Below are positions 18,373-28,314 of a DNA stretch of 54,892 bases, piece by piece. Position 1 is the stretch's first letter. Each line of letters opens with the position of its first letter. The translations under genes and the position numbers were made by a program. The notes below the pieces were generated by a model. That model was given only the letters and a program-made list of their open reading frames with translations, had not been told where the DNA came from and made no database searches. Source of the stretch: Selenomonadaceae bacterium (lineage in GTDB: Bacteria > Bacillota > Negativicutes > Selenomonadales > Selenomonadaceae); the NCBI GenBank assembly GCA_017529935.1, contig JAFXNB010000057.1:1-54892 (forward strand). Reading direction: 5' to 3'.

Positions 18373-19483
18373 AATCATTTACGCCGACAACGCCGCGACG
18401 ACCAAACTTGACGACGACGCGCTGGCTTTGATGATTGACCTGCAGAAAAACTTTTTTGCGAATCCTTCGTCGGCTTATAAGCTCTCTCGTCCGCTGAAAA
18501 AAATTTTGCGTGATTCGCGGGAAAAAATCGCCGCTTGTATCAATGCTGAGCCGCAAGAAATTATTTTCACGTCGGGCGGCATGGAAAGCGATAATTGGGC
18601 GATAAAATCTTCCGTGCTCGCGAACTTGAACGAACGCCCGAATATTATCACTTCCGCCATTGAACACAAAGCAATTTTGAATTCGTGTGCGGCGATGAAA
18701 AATTTGGGCTGTAGCGTGACGAAATTGCCCGTCGATAAATTTGGCACGGTCAATCCCGCTGACTTGCAGAAAAAAATTTTGCCGCAGACGAAAATTATTT
18801 CCGTCATGCTCGCCAACAACGAAGTTGGCACGATTCAGCCGATTAAAAATTTGGCGGAAATTGCACACGCGGCAGGGAAAATTTTTCATACGGACGCGGT
18901 GCAAGCCGTCGGACACATTCCCGTTGACGTGAAATTTTTGGGCGTGGATATGCTCTCCGCCTCCGCGCACAAGTTCAACGGTCCAAAGGGAATTGGATTT
19001 TTATGCATTCGCGACGGGCTAAAAATTTTGCCTTACATTGACGGCGGCGCACAAGAATTTTCTCGGCGGGCGGGAACGGAAAATATTCCTGCGATTGCGG
19101 CGATGGCTCTTGCACTTGAAAAAAATTGCCGCGACATGGAAATTAACGCCGAAAAACTTTCCGCCTGTACAAAAATTCTGCTCGACCAACTGCGGAGCAC
19201 TGACGTTGATTTTATTTTGAACGGCGGCGAAAATCGGTTGCCGGGGCATTTAAGTTTGTCGTTTAAAGATTGTGACGGCGAAGCTTTAATGCACCGGCTC
19301 GATTTGAAAAATATTTGCGTGTCTACTGGCTCGGCTTGCAACTCTCAACAAACAAAAATTTCTCACGTCTTAAAAGCTCTAAAAATTTCCGAAGATTACA
19401 TTCGCGGAACAATTAGAATAACTTTTGGCAAAGAAAATTCCTGCGACGACGCAAAAATTATTGGCAAGAATTTAAATTGTTAG
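18347..19483 (+). CDS. PLP-dependent cysteine desulfurase (NifS/IscS/DndA class)
   Basis: ..YADNAATTKLD.. and the PLP-lysine motif SASAHKFNGPKGIGFL, with ..STGSACNS.. (active-site Cys region). Confidence 0.8.
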   Translation: MTAANSLNKIIYADNAATTKLDDDALALMIDLQKNFFANPSSAYKLSRPLKKILRDSREKIAACINAEPQEIIFTSGGMESDNWAIKSSVLANLNERPNIITSAIEHKAILNSCAAMKNLGCSVTKLPVDKFGTVNPADLQKKILPQTKIISVMLANNEVGTIQPIKNLAEIAHAAGKIFHTDAVQAVGHIPVDVKFLGVDMLSASAHKFNGPKGIGFLCIRDGLKILPYIDGGAQEFSRRAGTENIPAIAAMALALEKNCRDMEINAEKLSACTKILLDQLRSTDVDFILNGGENRLPGHLSLSFKDCDGEALMHRLDLKNICVSTGSACNSQQTKISHVLKALKISEDYIRGTIRITFGKENSCDDAKIIGKNLNC

Positions 19484-19486
19484 CTC

Positions 19487-22468
19487 TCAAAAGGTTGCTG
19501 ACGGAAATATTTTGGTGCAGGTTGAATTTACTCGCATTTCACGATATATGATGTCGCTAAGAGCGCACATAATGGCATTATATTTTGCTTGGTCTTCAAA
19601 CAGGTTGGCATAGCTGCTTTGCGATTCCATATAGCTATTTTGCGCCGTCGTATGAAATATTTTTGGGAAAATGCTTTCTTTAAAAATCAAAGGATCGCTG
19701 GTTTTCGCCATGTTCTGCAATTTGGTATCGTTCATGAGCGTTGTCATCAGTGTTCCGACTAGCACCCTATCAGCATTTGTAAATTTACCTTTGTACTGCT
19801 CGTTTATCTTCTTGATAACTTCATCAAGCGGTTGTTTTTCTTCAGATTTAGCTGAACTTTTAGCAGTGGCAGGAGTATAGGAGCCAGATTCCTCTTTAAG
19901 CGTAATTGCGCCTTCAAAAGTTTTTTGTAGCTTGTAATATTCCAGTTGCAGTTTACCTTCAAGGTCAATCATCTGCATTTTGTCGGGCGGAATAAGCTTT
20001 ATCAAGTAGCTCAGGAAAATATATTCCTTGTGCAAATCTTCATCAAACATGCGCACGACTTGAGCAATGTAGCCGTACCATTTAATCATGTTGCGGCACA
20101 AGCGGCGGAAGTTGTAACGCTCGTCGGGATTTAACTTGTTATAACGGTCGGCAACGGGTTTTAAAATACTTGTCATGCGTCCCATATTACTTTTGCCGAA
20201 ATATTCCTTGGCAAAGAAATTAATATCTTCATCGGAGTAAACGCAATGGCCGCGTAAATTTTTTTGCACTTGATAAAGTAAATCGGTGTTGATTTCACAG
20301 TCCAGCATAGTTTCTTGATAGAACGGCTGAAATGCTTCCAAAATATCTTCTTGCGAGTTTATGAAGTCCAAAACAAAAGTATCGAGTTTGCCTTGATAAG
20401 TACGATTCAGCCGCGAAAGAGTTTGTACGGCTTTCACGCCGCGCAACTTTTTATCAACAATCATTGTGTGCAACAGCGGTTCATCAAAGCCCGTCTGATA
20501 TTTCTCCGCGACAATGAGTATATCAAAGTTCTCGTGGAACTCGGCTTTAGTCTGTGATTCGCCGATATGGCTACCGTCTTTGCGGACGTTTAATTTTGGT
20601 TCGGTGTATTCCGCGCCGCCGTCGGGCACGGAGCCGGAGAAGGCAACAAGTACCCCAATATCATAGCCCTTTTCCGCAATATAACGCTTGCACTCGTGGA
20701 AATATTTTATCGCCGCAAGCCGCGAAGAAGTAACAACCATCATTTTGCCATGTCCGCCAATTTTATGCCGCGTCGTCTCCAAAAAAGTTTCAACGATAAT
20801 TTTTGTTTTCTGGCTGATGTTGTACGGGTGCAACTCTTCAAACTTGCGGATAACTTTTGCGGCGCGATGGCTCGGCAACTCTGGATTATCCTTAACCGTC
20901 TTTGCAATCTTAAAGCAAGTGTCGTAGGCCATGTAATTTTGCAGAACGTCCAAAATAAATCCTTCCTCGATTGCCTGCCGCATTGAATAAATGTGGAACG
21001 GGTGAAAGCTTCCGTCCGCGTGCTCCGTGCCGAAAATTTCAAGTGTCGTCGGCTTGGGCGTCGCGGTAAAGGCAAAGAACGAAAGATTTTTGTGCTTGCC
21101 GTGAGCAATCATCTCTTTAACAAGTTTATCGGTCGGGTCAATCTCCGCGTCGCCTTCAAGCTCGGCATATTCCCGCAAAGCGTCTTCAGTGTCAGCCAAC
21201 GCCGTCTTTAACTTCAAAGCTGATGAGCCCGTTTGGGATGAGTGCGCCTCATCTACGATGACGGCAAAATTTTTTCCTTTAACGCTGTCCACTTCTTGAT
21301 ATATGACGGGAAATTTTTGCAAGGTCGTAACGATGATTCGAGCACCAGAGTTGATAGCGTCGCGAAGGTTGCGGCTATTTTTATTTTCTCCGATTGTCTC
21401 TACTGCTCCCAATGTATGGTCAAAGCCGCTAATCGTCTCTTGTAATTGCGTGTCGAGAACTGTCCTATCAGTTACGACGATGACGCTTGCAAAAATTGCG
21501 TTATTGTTTTTGTCGTGCAGAGAGGCCAGCCGATAAGCCGTCCAAGCTATCGAATTCGACTTGCCCGAGCCCGCCGAATGTTGAATCAAATAATTTTGCC
21601 CCGCGCCGTATTTGGTGACGTGTGCTATTATTTTCCTTACCACGTCCAATTGATGATAACGCGGAAAGATTAGCTTATTTTTTTCGACGTGAATGAACTT
21701 TTGCAGAATATCAATCATGCTGTCCTTTTGAAAGACTTGCTCCCAAAGATAAGCCGTCGGGTAGCCGCTATCGTTCGGAGGATTGCCTTTGCCGCCGTCA
21801 TGCCCCGCGCCGTTGCTCCCTTGATTGAACGGCAGAAAATATGTCTCCTTGCCCGCAAGCTTCGTCGTCATCCAAACTTCCAAATGGTCGACGGCAAAAT
21901 ATCCCAGAATCCGCTTGTTGAATTGAAAACAAATTTCTCGCGGGTCGCGGTCGTATGTCCATTGCCTTTTAGCGTCGTCGACGTTTTGCCCCGTGTATTG
22001 ATTCTTCAGCTCGAACGCAAAAATCGGAATGCCGTTGAGCACGAGCACCATGTCAACGCTTTTATTGTTGTCGGAGCTGTAATGCCATTGACGATAACAG
22101 GCAACATGATTCTTGGCGTAGAGGGCGACCGCCGTTTGATTTAATGATGATTCGGGCTTGAAGTAGCAGACACGAAATTTTATTCCGCGATGTTTGAAGC
22201 CGTGTCGCAAAACATAAACCAACCCGCTCATATCGCAAGCATTATTGAACGCCGCGCAGAATTTCCGCACAGTGTCCGATTTGTTGACGTTCTCAAAGCG
22301 CGTCCACTCTCGCGGCTGAGTCTTCCGAATAAAATTTATCAGCGTGTCGACGTAAAGTCCTGCCCGCGCGTCGTAGGTGTCGTCGCCTTTGACGTAACCG
22401 CCGGTCGCCGACAAAAAAGCCGCTTCGATGTCCTCTTCAAAGCGGCGTTCGTTCAAATCGCCGTTCAT
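19487..22468 (-). CDS. hsdR: Type I restriction enzyme R subunit
   Basis: 993 aa. Nuclease D..ELK ([18 protein letters not shown]), helicase motif [11 protein letters not shown] and motif [12 protein letters not shown]. Confidence 0.9.
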   Translation of the reverse strand: MNGDLNERRFEEDIEAAFLSATGGYVKGDDTYDARAGLYVDTLINFIRKTQPREWTRFENVNKSDTVRKFCAAFNNACDMSGLVYVLRHGFKHRGIKFRVCYFKPESSLNQTAVALYAKNHVACYRQWHYSSDNNKSVDMVLVLNGIPIFAFELKNQYTGQNVDDAKRQWTYDRDPREICFQFNKRILGYFAVDHLEVWMTTKLAGKETYFLPFNQGSNGAGHDGGKGNPPNDSGYPTAYLWEQVFQKDSMIDILQKFIHVEKNKLIFPRYHQLDVVRKIIAHVTKYGAGQNYLIQHSAGSGKSNSIAWTAYRLASLHDKNNNAIFASVIVVTDRTVLDTQLQETISGFDHTLGAVETIGENKNSRNLRDAINSGARIIVTTLQKFPVIYQEVDSVKGKNFAVIVDEAHSSQTGSSALKLKTALADTEDALREYAELEGDAEIDPTDKLVKEMIAHGKHKNLSFFAFTATPKPTTLEIFGTEHADGSFHPFHIYSMRQAIEEGFILDVLQNYMAYDTCFKIAKTVKDNPELPSHRAAKVIRKFEELHPYNISQKTKIIVETFLETTRHKIGGHGKMMVVTSSRLAAIKYFHECKRYIAEKGYDIGVLVAFSGSVPDGGAEYTEPKLNVRKDGSHIGESQTKAEFHENFDILIVAEKYQTGFDEPLLHTMIVDKKLRGVKAVQTLSRLNRTYQGKLDTFVLDFINSQEDILEAFQPFYQETMLDCEINTDLLYQVQKNLRGHCVYSDEDINFFAKEYFGKSNMGRMTSILKPVADRYNKLNPDERYNFRRLCRNMIKWYGYIAQVVRMFDEDLHKEYIFLSYLIKLIPPDKMQMIDLEGKLQLEYYKLQKTFEGAITLKEESGSYTPATAKSSAKSEEKQPLDEVIKKINEQYKGKFTNADRVLVGTLMTTLMNDTKLQNMAKTSDPLIFKESIFPKIFHTTAQNSYMESQSSYANLFEDQAKYNAIMCALSDIIYREMRVNSTCTKIFPSATF

Positions 22469-23628
22469 GTCGGTGCCTCCTTTTTGCCCGTGACGTATTC
22501 AAAGATTAATGATTTTTTCAGACTTTCAAGCTCGGTCACAAGTCCTCCCTTCTTCTTGATGAGTGAATCTATCGCCGCTGTTTTCCCGTCCAGATATGCG
22601 GCGATTTCTTTTTGCTCGTCAAGCGGCGGAATTGAAACTTTAAAATTTAGTAGCTTAGTATTGTTCACACTCGGCACCGTGCTATTATTGTCAAACCAAC
22701 TCATATTAATACATTTGCTAAGATAAAGAAGATAACGAAGAAAATCCTTTCTTTTCGGCACAAGAGCTTGAGTGTTATTGTCTATACAGCAATTAACCAG
22801 ATTAATCTTTCGATGATTTTTTGTGAGCGCAGCTCCGATTTTAGCCATAATGATTGAACCTTTTGGAACGATGTTAAATCGATTGTTATCAACGACAGAT
22901 TGAGAAACCCAGTTAGAAGCTGTTTCTACGTAATCGCCCTCGCCGTTTATATCGCTGACTTTGCAAAAAGGATAATCGCCTGATGTGTTCCCTTGTAATA
23001 TGTCGGGGAATCCGTTGCCACCTATGATTGAAAAAATGTATTTTAGCTTGATAACTTCCCAATCGGCAGGAATATCGCCGAGCCACTCAATACCGCTATC
23101 CTTCATGGGGTGGGCGGCTCTTATGCCTTTGGTTACAGCTCGCGTGATGATTGCTTGCTTGAGCTTTTTATATTCCACGATTGAAGCGCGGGTTTTCTCG
23201 ACGATTGAATCAATGCGCGCGCACTTGTCGTCAAGGAAAGCGGCAATGCGCTGTTGCTCGTCTAAGCTAACATATCTGATTTCGCGATTGCCATACTCCG
23301 AAAAGTAAACATGTGGTATCGTAGTTTTATCAACGTCCCCGCCCAAGTCCAGACTTTGAATGATGTACTTCAGCCAATCGATATTTGCCAGCTCGTTAGG
23401 AACAATGTAAGCCAACGTACTCAAGAGCGAAGTGTAACTTTCATATTTGCGCACCCTGCCGACGCCAGCTCCGTCTTTCACTATGCTAAGATAAGGCACG
23501 GCAACCTCGTATTTGTCCAAATAGCCGACTAAACCGCTTGCCCCATATACTTTGTATTGTCCTTCGCTTTTAACTGCAGATTGCGCAAGAGAATTTGAGA
23601 AGGACGAACACAAATACTTCAACCTCAT
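22465..23628 (-). CDS. hsdS: Type I restriction-modification S (specificity) subunit
   Basis: 387 aa with two TRD-like halves separated by conserved helices (..[12 protein letters not shown].. and ..[12 protein letters not shown]..). ATGA overlap with hsdR. Confidence 0.85.
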   Translation of the reverse strand: MRLKYLCSSFSNSLAQSAVKSEGQYKVYGASGLVGYLDKYEVAVPYLSIVKDGAGVGRVRKYESYTSLLSTLAYIVPNELANIDWLKYIIQSLDLGGDVDKTTIPHVYFSEYGNREIRYVSLDEQQRIAAFLDDKCARIDSIVEKTRASIVEYKKLKQAIITRAVTKGIRAAHPMKDSGIEWLGDIPADWEVIKLKYIFSIIGGNGFPDILQGNTSGDYPFCKVSDINGEGDYVETASNWVSQSVVDNNRFNIVPKGSIIMAKIGAALTKNHRKINLVNCCIDNNTQALVPKRKDFLRYLLYLSKCINMSWFDNNSTVPSVNNTKLLNFKVSIPPLDEQKEIAAYLDGKTAAIDSLIKKKGGLVTELESLKKSLIFEYVTGKKEAPT

Positions 23629-23631
23629 TTG

Positions 23632-25392
23632 TCAGCCCTCCTTATCGAACAGAGCTTGCAAGTCGGCAGAAATATTTTCTTCCAGAGCCGTGACGCGAGC
23701 TAAAATTTCTTCGACGGGTTCGGGCGGCTGATACTCGTAAAAATATCTCGTCATGGGAATTTCGTACCCAACTTTAGTTTTCTTATCGTCAATCCAAGCG
23801 TCGGGAGCATAAGGCAAAACTTCGCGGCGGAAATATTCTTCAATGTCCTCCGTCATCGGGACGTTTTCAAAGTCGCGGCGGGCAGCGTCGGCAACGGGCT
23901 TTCCTCTCTTCATGACGGGCTTGCCGTGCTCATCGAGTTGCGGGCGTTCGACGGTGATTTTATAGTAGCCGAAGTCCTCCACGTTAAAAATTTTGCTGTG
24001 GCAGTGAACACCAGTTTTGTCGCCGTAAACAGAATCGGGCTTGAATTCTGCATAAGCCTGAACGATAAGGCGGCGGCAGTGGTCGGTAATGTCGTTGCGT
24101 TTGGTGCCGATACTCTTGCGGCGCGGCTCGTAACAGTGGCTTGCGTCGATTAGCTGAACTTTTCCTGCGCGGTCGGTCGGCTTGTCCTTTGAACAAATCC
24201 AAATGTAAGTTGCAATGCCCGTGTTCATGAATTGGTCGGTGCTTAGCTGAACGATAGCATCAAGCCAATCATTTTCCAGAATGTAGCGGCGAATTTCACT
24301 GGAACCGCTGCCAGCGTCACCGGAGAAGAGCGGCGAGCCGTTTTGAATGATCGCCATTTTGCCTGTTGGTTTCAACTTGGAAAGACCGTTGAGGACAAAG
24401 AGTTGTTGACCGTCAGAAATTTTCGGCAAGCCTGGTGCAAAGCGTCCGAGTTCGCCGAGCTTGTGTTCAGTTTCAACAGCTTTTTGCTCCTTTTTCCAGT
24501 CGTCGCCAAAAGGCGGATTGCTGATACAATATTGGAAGGTGTAGCCGCTGAACTTATCCTCGGAGAGCGTGTCGCCGAATCGCATATTATTCGTTTCACC
24601 GCCGCGAATCAACATATCAGCTTTGGCAATGGCGAAGGTTGCCTTATTATACTCTTGCCCGAAACAAATAACTTCGACATCGGGGTTAATGTCGCGAATT
24701 CGTTCTTCCATGCAGGAAAGCATTTGACTCGTTCCCATTGTCATATCGTATACGGTGACGCTGCCCGCGTGATTCAAATCGGCGCCGAAAATCAGCAGGT
24801 CGGTCATGAGATAAACAATGTCGCGGCTGGTAAAATGTTCTCCTGCTTCTTCATTGTAACTTTCGCTGAAACGGCGCACCAAATCTTCAAAGATGTAGCC
24901 GCAATCTACAGCACTAATCTTGTCGGCACCGAGATAACCTTTCGGGCTATTAAATTCTTTAATCGTCAGATAGAGCGTATTGCTCTCCACCATGCGTTTA
25001 ATAACGTTATCAAAATCGAATTTGGAAAGCACGTCTTGCACATTGCCGGAAAAGCCCGTCAGATAATCGCGGAAGTTGACTTCGATGTTTTCCGGGTCAG
25101 CAAGCAACTTATCAAAAGTAAATTTGCTGGTGTTGTAGAACTGGTAGCCGGCAGCACGAGTCAGAAAACCTTCAATGACTGCGAGTTTTTTAACTTCTTC
25201 GTAAGTGTCTTGAACTTGTTGCCATGTGGGTAGCAAACAATCATGAAATCGTTTAACGACCGTCATCGGAAGAATAACAAGCCCATATTCATGCGGCTTA
25301 AATGGTCCGCGCAAAATATCTGCCACATTCCAAATCATTGTAGCTTTTTCCGCTATATTCGTTCCCACCACATTAATTTTATCCGTCGTCAT
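23632..25392 (-). CDS. hsdM: Type I R-M N6-adenine DNA methyltransferase M subunit
   Basis: 586 aa. Motif IV is CISNPPFG. The stop is 3 nt before the hsdS start. Confidence 0.9.
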   Translation of the reverse strand: MTTDKINVVGTNIAEKATMIWNVADILRGPFKPHEYGLVILPMTVVKRFHDCLLPTWQQVQDTYEEVKKLAVIEGFLTRAAGYQFYNTSKFTFDKLLADPENIEVNFRDYLTGFSGNVQDVLSKFDFDNVIKRMVESNTLYLTIKEFNSPKGYLGADKISAVDCGYIFEDLVRRFSESYNEEAGEHFTSRDIVYLMTDLLIFGADLNHAGSVTVYDMTMGTSQMLSCMEERIRDINPDVEVICFGQEYNKATFAIAKADMLIRGGETNNMRFGDTLSEDKFSGYTFQYCISNPPFGDDWKKEQKAVETEHKLGELGRFAPGLPKISDGQQLFVLNGLSKLKPTGKMAIIQNGSPLFSGDAGSGSSEIRRYILENDWLDAIVQLSTDQFMNTGIATYIWICSKDKPTDRAGKVQLIDASHCYEPRRKSIGTKRNDITDHCRRLIVQAYAEFKPDSVYGDKTGVHCHSKIFNVEDFGYYKITVERPQLDEHGKPVMKRGKPVADAARRDFENVPMTEDIEEYFRREVLPYAPDAWIDDKKTKVGYEIPMTRYFYEYQPPEPVEEILARVTALEENISADLQALFDKEG

Positions 25393-25520
25393 TCAAGAAA
25401 ATCTCCTTCTTTAAGAAGTTTCGCTATTGAGTTGCTCATAAGCAGCAAAATAGCCGAAGTAATCAAGAAGGTGCTGAGAAAATCCCAGCACCTTTAGTCA
25501 TTTATTTTTTTAGCGTCAAA

Positions 25521-26057
25521 TTATTTCTTGTCGGGTTCAATAGCGGGAGTCGTCGAAATTTTTTCGGGTACAATGTCGATTGTTTTTTCTGTGGGCTTTT
25601 CTAAGTCCAGAGTGTCAGCGGGGGCGGCGAGTGCTTCGCGGTATTCTTCGAGCTTCTTGTCCTTTTGGAGGACTTCGTCGTCAGCGGATTTGGGCTTTTC
25701 AATCGGGAAGGTGATGACCTTCAAGGCCTGAATCGTCTTCCACGCGCCAGCTTCAAGGAGCGTTGCGTCGCGCAGGTCGCTTTCGTTAGCGCATTTGTGC
25801 CATTTGCCTTCTTCGTCGCGGAAATACATCTCGAATTCAAGCTGGAAATGTTTTTCGTCGGCGTATTTTATGCTGAACTTGCCCGCGCTGTATTCAAGAC
25901 CGCGAGCCTCGTATTTTTTAATCGTGTCGTCAAGGCGCGGCGAGACAACGTCGGAAATTTTCTCAAGCGTCATGTTCGGGCGGAACAAGTCGACAAAGAA
26001 ATTCTTAGCCGCCTCGACCAAATCGGCGACCATCTCAATTTTATTTTCCAATGCCAT
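25521..26057 (-). CDS. Hypothetical protein, 178 aa
   Basis: Long ORF on the same strand as its neighbours. No motif recognised. Acidic, low-complexity C-terminus. Confidence 0.5.
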   Translation of the reverse strand: MALENKIEMVADLVEAAKNFFVDLFRPNMTLEKISDVVSPRLDDTIKKYEARGLEYSAGKFSIKYADEKHFQLEFEMYFRDEEGKWHKCANESDLRDATLLEAGAWKTIQALKVITFPIEKPKSADDEVLQKDKKLEEYREALAAPADTLDLEKPTEKTIDIVPEKISTTPAIEPDKK

Positions 26058-26072
26058 TTCAATTCACCTCGC

Positions 26073-26420
26073 TCAAACGCTAAGCTCAAGTTCTTTCTCG
26101 TAGCGGTCGGTAACGTCTTTCTCTTTGGCGGACAAGCCTTCCTTAGCCCACGCAGGAACTTCGGACTCGTCAATTTCGCGGACGGTGGTCTTCTCGACCC
26201 ATTTGCCGTTCTCTTTGTAATAAAGGCGGTGGACAAGGCGCATGACATTTCCTTCCACGCTGGAGAAAAGTTTCGCCGCATAGTCAACGATACCGGTTTC
26301 TTTGAGTGCCGTTTGGAGTTTAGGCAGGAATTCTTTCAGCCAGCCCTCGATTTCTTGCCAATTCGCTACGACGATTGCGCCGCCGACAAGAGCTCCCAAT
26401 CCAATTAAAACAGGAATCAT
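26073..26420 (-). CDS. Hypothetical N-terminally membrane-anchored protein, 115 aa
   Basis: N-terminal hydrophobic helix MIPVLIGLGALVGGAIVVA. It lies 15 nt upstream of the 178-aa ORF. Confidence 0.5.
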   Translation of the reverse strand: MIPVLIGLGALVGGAIVVANWQEIEGWLKEFLPKLQTALKETGIVDYAAKLFSSVEGNVMRLVHRLYYKENGKWVEKTTVREIDESEVPAWAKEGLSAKEKDVTDRYEKELELSV

Positions 26421-26474
26421 TTATATCAACCTCCCAATTTAAAATGCACGCATATTTTAAACGAAAAATTTTAT

Positions 26475-26849
26475 TCAAGCAAGTTCAATTTGCAACGGGT
26501 CTGCGCCGTATTTATTCCAACCGCCCGTGCCCGGCATGACGAAAATATAAACCAGGAAAAATATATTGACAACCGGAACTAAGGCGAGAAGCAACCACCA
26601 GCCGCTTTTGTTTAAGTCGTGCAGGCGGCGGACAGAAATCATCATGCTACCGATACCCGCGATAAACGACCAAATTCCCGTCGGCACCGTGACCAAAACG
26701 CTTTGCGGATCGCCCGATAAAAAGCCGCCGATAAAGCCTAAAATAAATCCCACGACTGCCGACACCAGCAGCCAAGTAAAATAAAACTTATAAAAGCTCA
26801 GGCGATTGAGCCGCCCTTCTGTCGTGTAAACTTTGTTCAACAATTCCAT
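26475..26849 (-). CDS. DUF805 (YhaH/YhaI-like) inner membrane protein
   Basis: Start ATG 26849 (MELLNKVYTTEGRLNR..) with a GGAGGA SD. Signature RRLHDLNKSGWW. The ORF-track start at 27119 is an unsupported extension. Confidence 0.75.
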   Translation of the reverse strand: MELLNKVYTTEGRLNRLSFYKFYFTWLLVSAVVGFILGFIGGFLSGDPQSVLVTVPTGIWSFIAGIGSMMISVRRLHDLNKSGWWLLLALVPVVNIFFLVYIFVMPGTGGWNKYGADPLQIELA

Positions 26850-26866
26850 AAAATTTTCCTCCGTGT

Positions 26867-27232
26867 TTAATTTTGTAGCGGGTCTGCGCCGTATTGATTG
26901 TAACCAGCCGTGCCCTCCTTGAAGAACAGATAAACCATAAAAATTAATCCGACGACGGGAATGAAACTGACCAGGAAAAATGCGCCGTTTTTGTTTAAGT
27001 CGTGCAGGCGGCGCACCATGAGCATACACGCGCCCGCCGTCGCCAAGACCGCCCAAGTTACCGTTATCATTTTTACCAAGGTTCCGTTCGGGTCGCCCGT
27101 CAAAAGCGTCGCCATGCACGAAGTCACGAAAGTCGCCGTCGCGCCCATTATCGTCACCGCGATATAATATTTAAAAAATCGTCCGCGATTGAGCCGTCCC
27201 TCCGTCGTGAAAAATTTTTGGAGTATGTTCAT
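26867..27232 (-). CDS. DUF805 inner membrane protein, tandem paralog
   Basis: MNILQKFFTTEGRLNR.. and RRLHDLNKNG. Confidence 0.75.
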   Translation of the reverse strand: MNILQKFFTTEGRLNRGRFFKYYIAVTIMGATATFVTSCMATLLTGDPNGTLVKMITVTWAVLATAGACMLMVRRLHDLNKNGAFFLVSFIPVVGLIFMVYLFFKEGTAGYNQYGADPLQN

Positions 27233-27327
27233 GAAAAATTCCTCCTTACGTTCTATTGTTACAACAAGAATTTTATTTATTCATCTGCAAATTGCCTCGT
27301 TATCATTTCGCCTTGAACTGCGCCACG

Positions 27328-27469
27328 TCACTGACCCTCGAAAAAAATTCCCTCCGCCATGGAGGGCTTTTTTATTTTATTTTGCATGCTACCACCTCCG
27401 CAATTTGGCACTTTGCAATTCAAGATGTTAATTTAATTAAATTGTAGCATATACAGCAGAGGTTTACAA
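27328..27469 (-). promoter_or_regulatory. Leader of the DUF805 pair: promoter, SD-preceded 19-codon sORF and an intrinsic terminator inside the sORF
   Basis: -35 TTGTAA (27469-27464), 17-nt spacer, -10 TACAAT (27446-27441). GGAGGTGGTAGC-ATG at 27387 encodes MQNKIKKPSMAEGIFFEGQ (to 27328). The hairpin is CCCTCC(27350-55)/GGAGGG(27361-66), flanked by an A-run and a T-run. Confidence 0.45.
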
Positions 27470-27571
27470 TAGCAGCGCGGCGGCTATAAAATTAAAATCA
27501 TTTTAAGCGAAACTTTTTGCGCGGGCAAGATTTTATGATATAATCGCGGCGAAAGGAGCGAAAAATTTTTT

Positions 27572-28309
27572 ATGAAAGATATTCTCGATGTCCACGTCCA
27601 CACGACGGCGAGCGGGCACGCGTACAGCACGTTTGGCGAGTGCATTGCGGCGGCCAAGAAAAAAAATTTGGAGCTGATTGGTATCGCCGACCATGCGCCG
27701 AGCGTCCCTGGCGTGTCGCACAGTTTCTACTTTGCAAATTTTAAAGTCATTCCCCGCGAGGCTTACGGGATAAAAGTTGCAATGGGCGCGGAGCTGAATA
27801 TAATCGACTATTCAGGGAGCACCGACTTGCCCGCGCAACTTTTGAAGAAGCTTGACTACGCGATAGCCAGCTTGCACAGAGAATGTATTAACACGGGCAG
27901 CGTAGCGGAGAACACGGCGGCGATAATCGGCGCAATGAGAAATCCGCACGTCGTGATAATCGGGCACCCCGACAATCCGCAATTCCCCGCCGACTTGGAC
28001 GCCGTAGCCCGCGCCGCCGCCGATAATCGCGTCCTGCTCGAAATCAACAACAGTTCCTACTTCCCGACGGGACACCGCGCAGGTTCGGCTGAAAATGCTA
28101 AGTTGATGTTGGCGGCGTGCAAAAAATACGGCGCGGCTGTCATCATGGGTTCCGATTCGCATATCGATTTGGACGTCGGCAATCACACGCTAAGTCAAAA
28201 AGTTTTGGCGGAAAATAATTTCCCCGCCGAGCTGGTCGTCAATTCAAGCGTCGAAAAATTTTTTGAGTGTGTCAAGTACAGGAAATCACTTGCACCGAAA
28301 GGAGCGTAA
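27572..28309 (+). CDS. ycdX: PHP-family phosphatase YcdX-like
   Basis: 245 aa with DVHVHTTASGHAYST.., ..IADHAP.., ..LLEINNSSY.., ..GSDSH.. These match my recollection of E. coli YcdX. Confidence 0.8.
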   Translation: MKDILDVHVHTTASGHAYSTFGECIAAAKKKNLELIGIADHAPSVPGVSHSFYFANFKVIPREAYGIKVAMGAELNIIDYSGSTDLPAQLLKKLDYAIASLHRECINTGSVAENTAAIIGAMRNPHVVIIGHPDNPQFPADLDAVARAAADNRVLLEINNSSYFPTGHRAGSAENAKLMLAACKKYGAAVIMGSDSHIDLDVGNHTLSQKVLAENNFPAELVVNSSVEKFFECVKYRKSLAPKGA

Positions 28310-28314
28310 CCGAT

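Noticed and set aside
22465-23628. Phase-variable hsdS shufflon
   Set aside because: Only one hsdS copy is present, with no inverted hsdS fragments and no recombinase gene nearby in the window.
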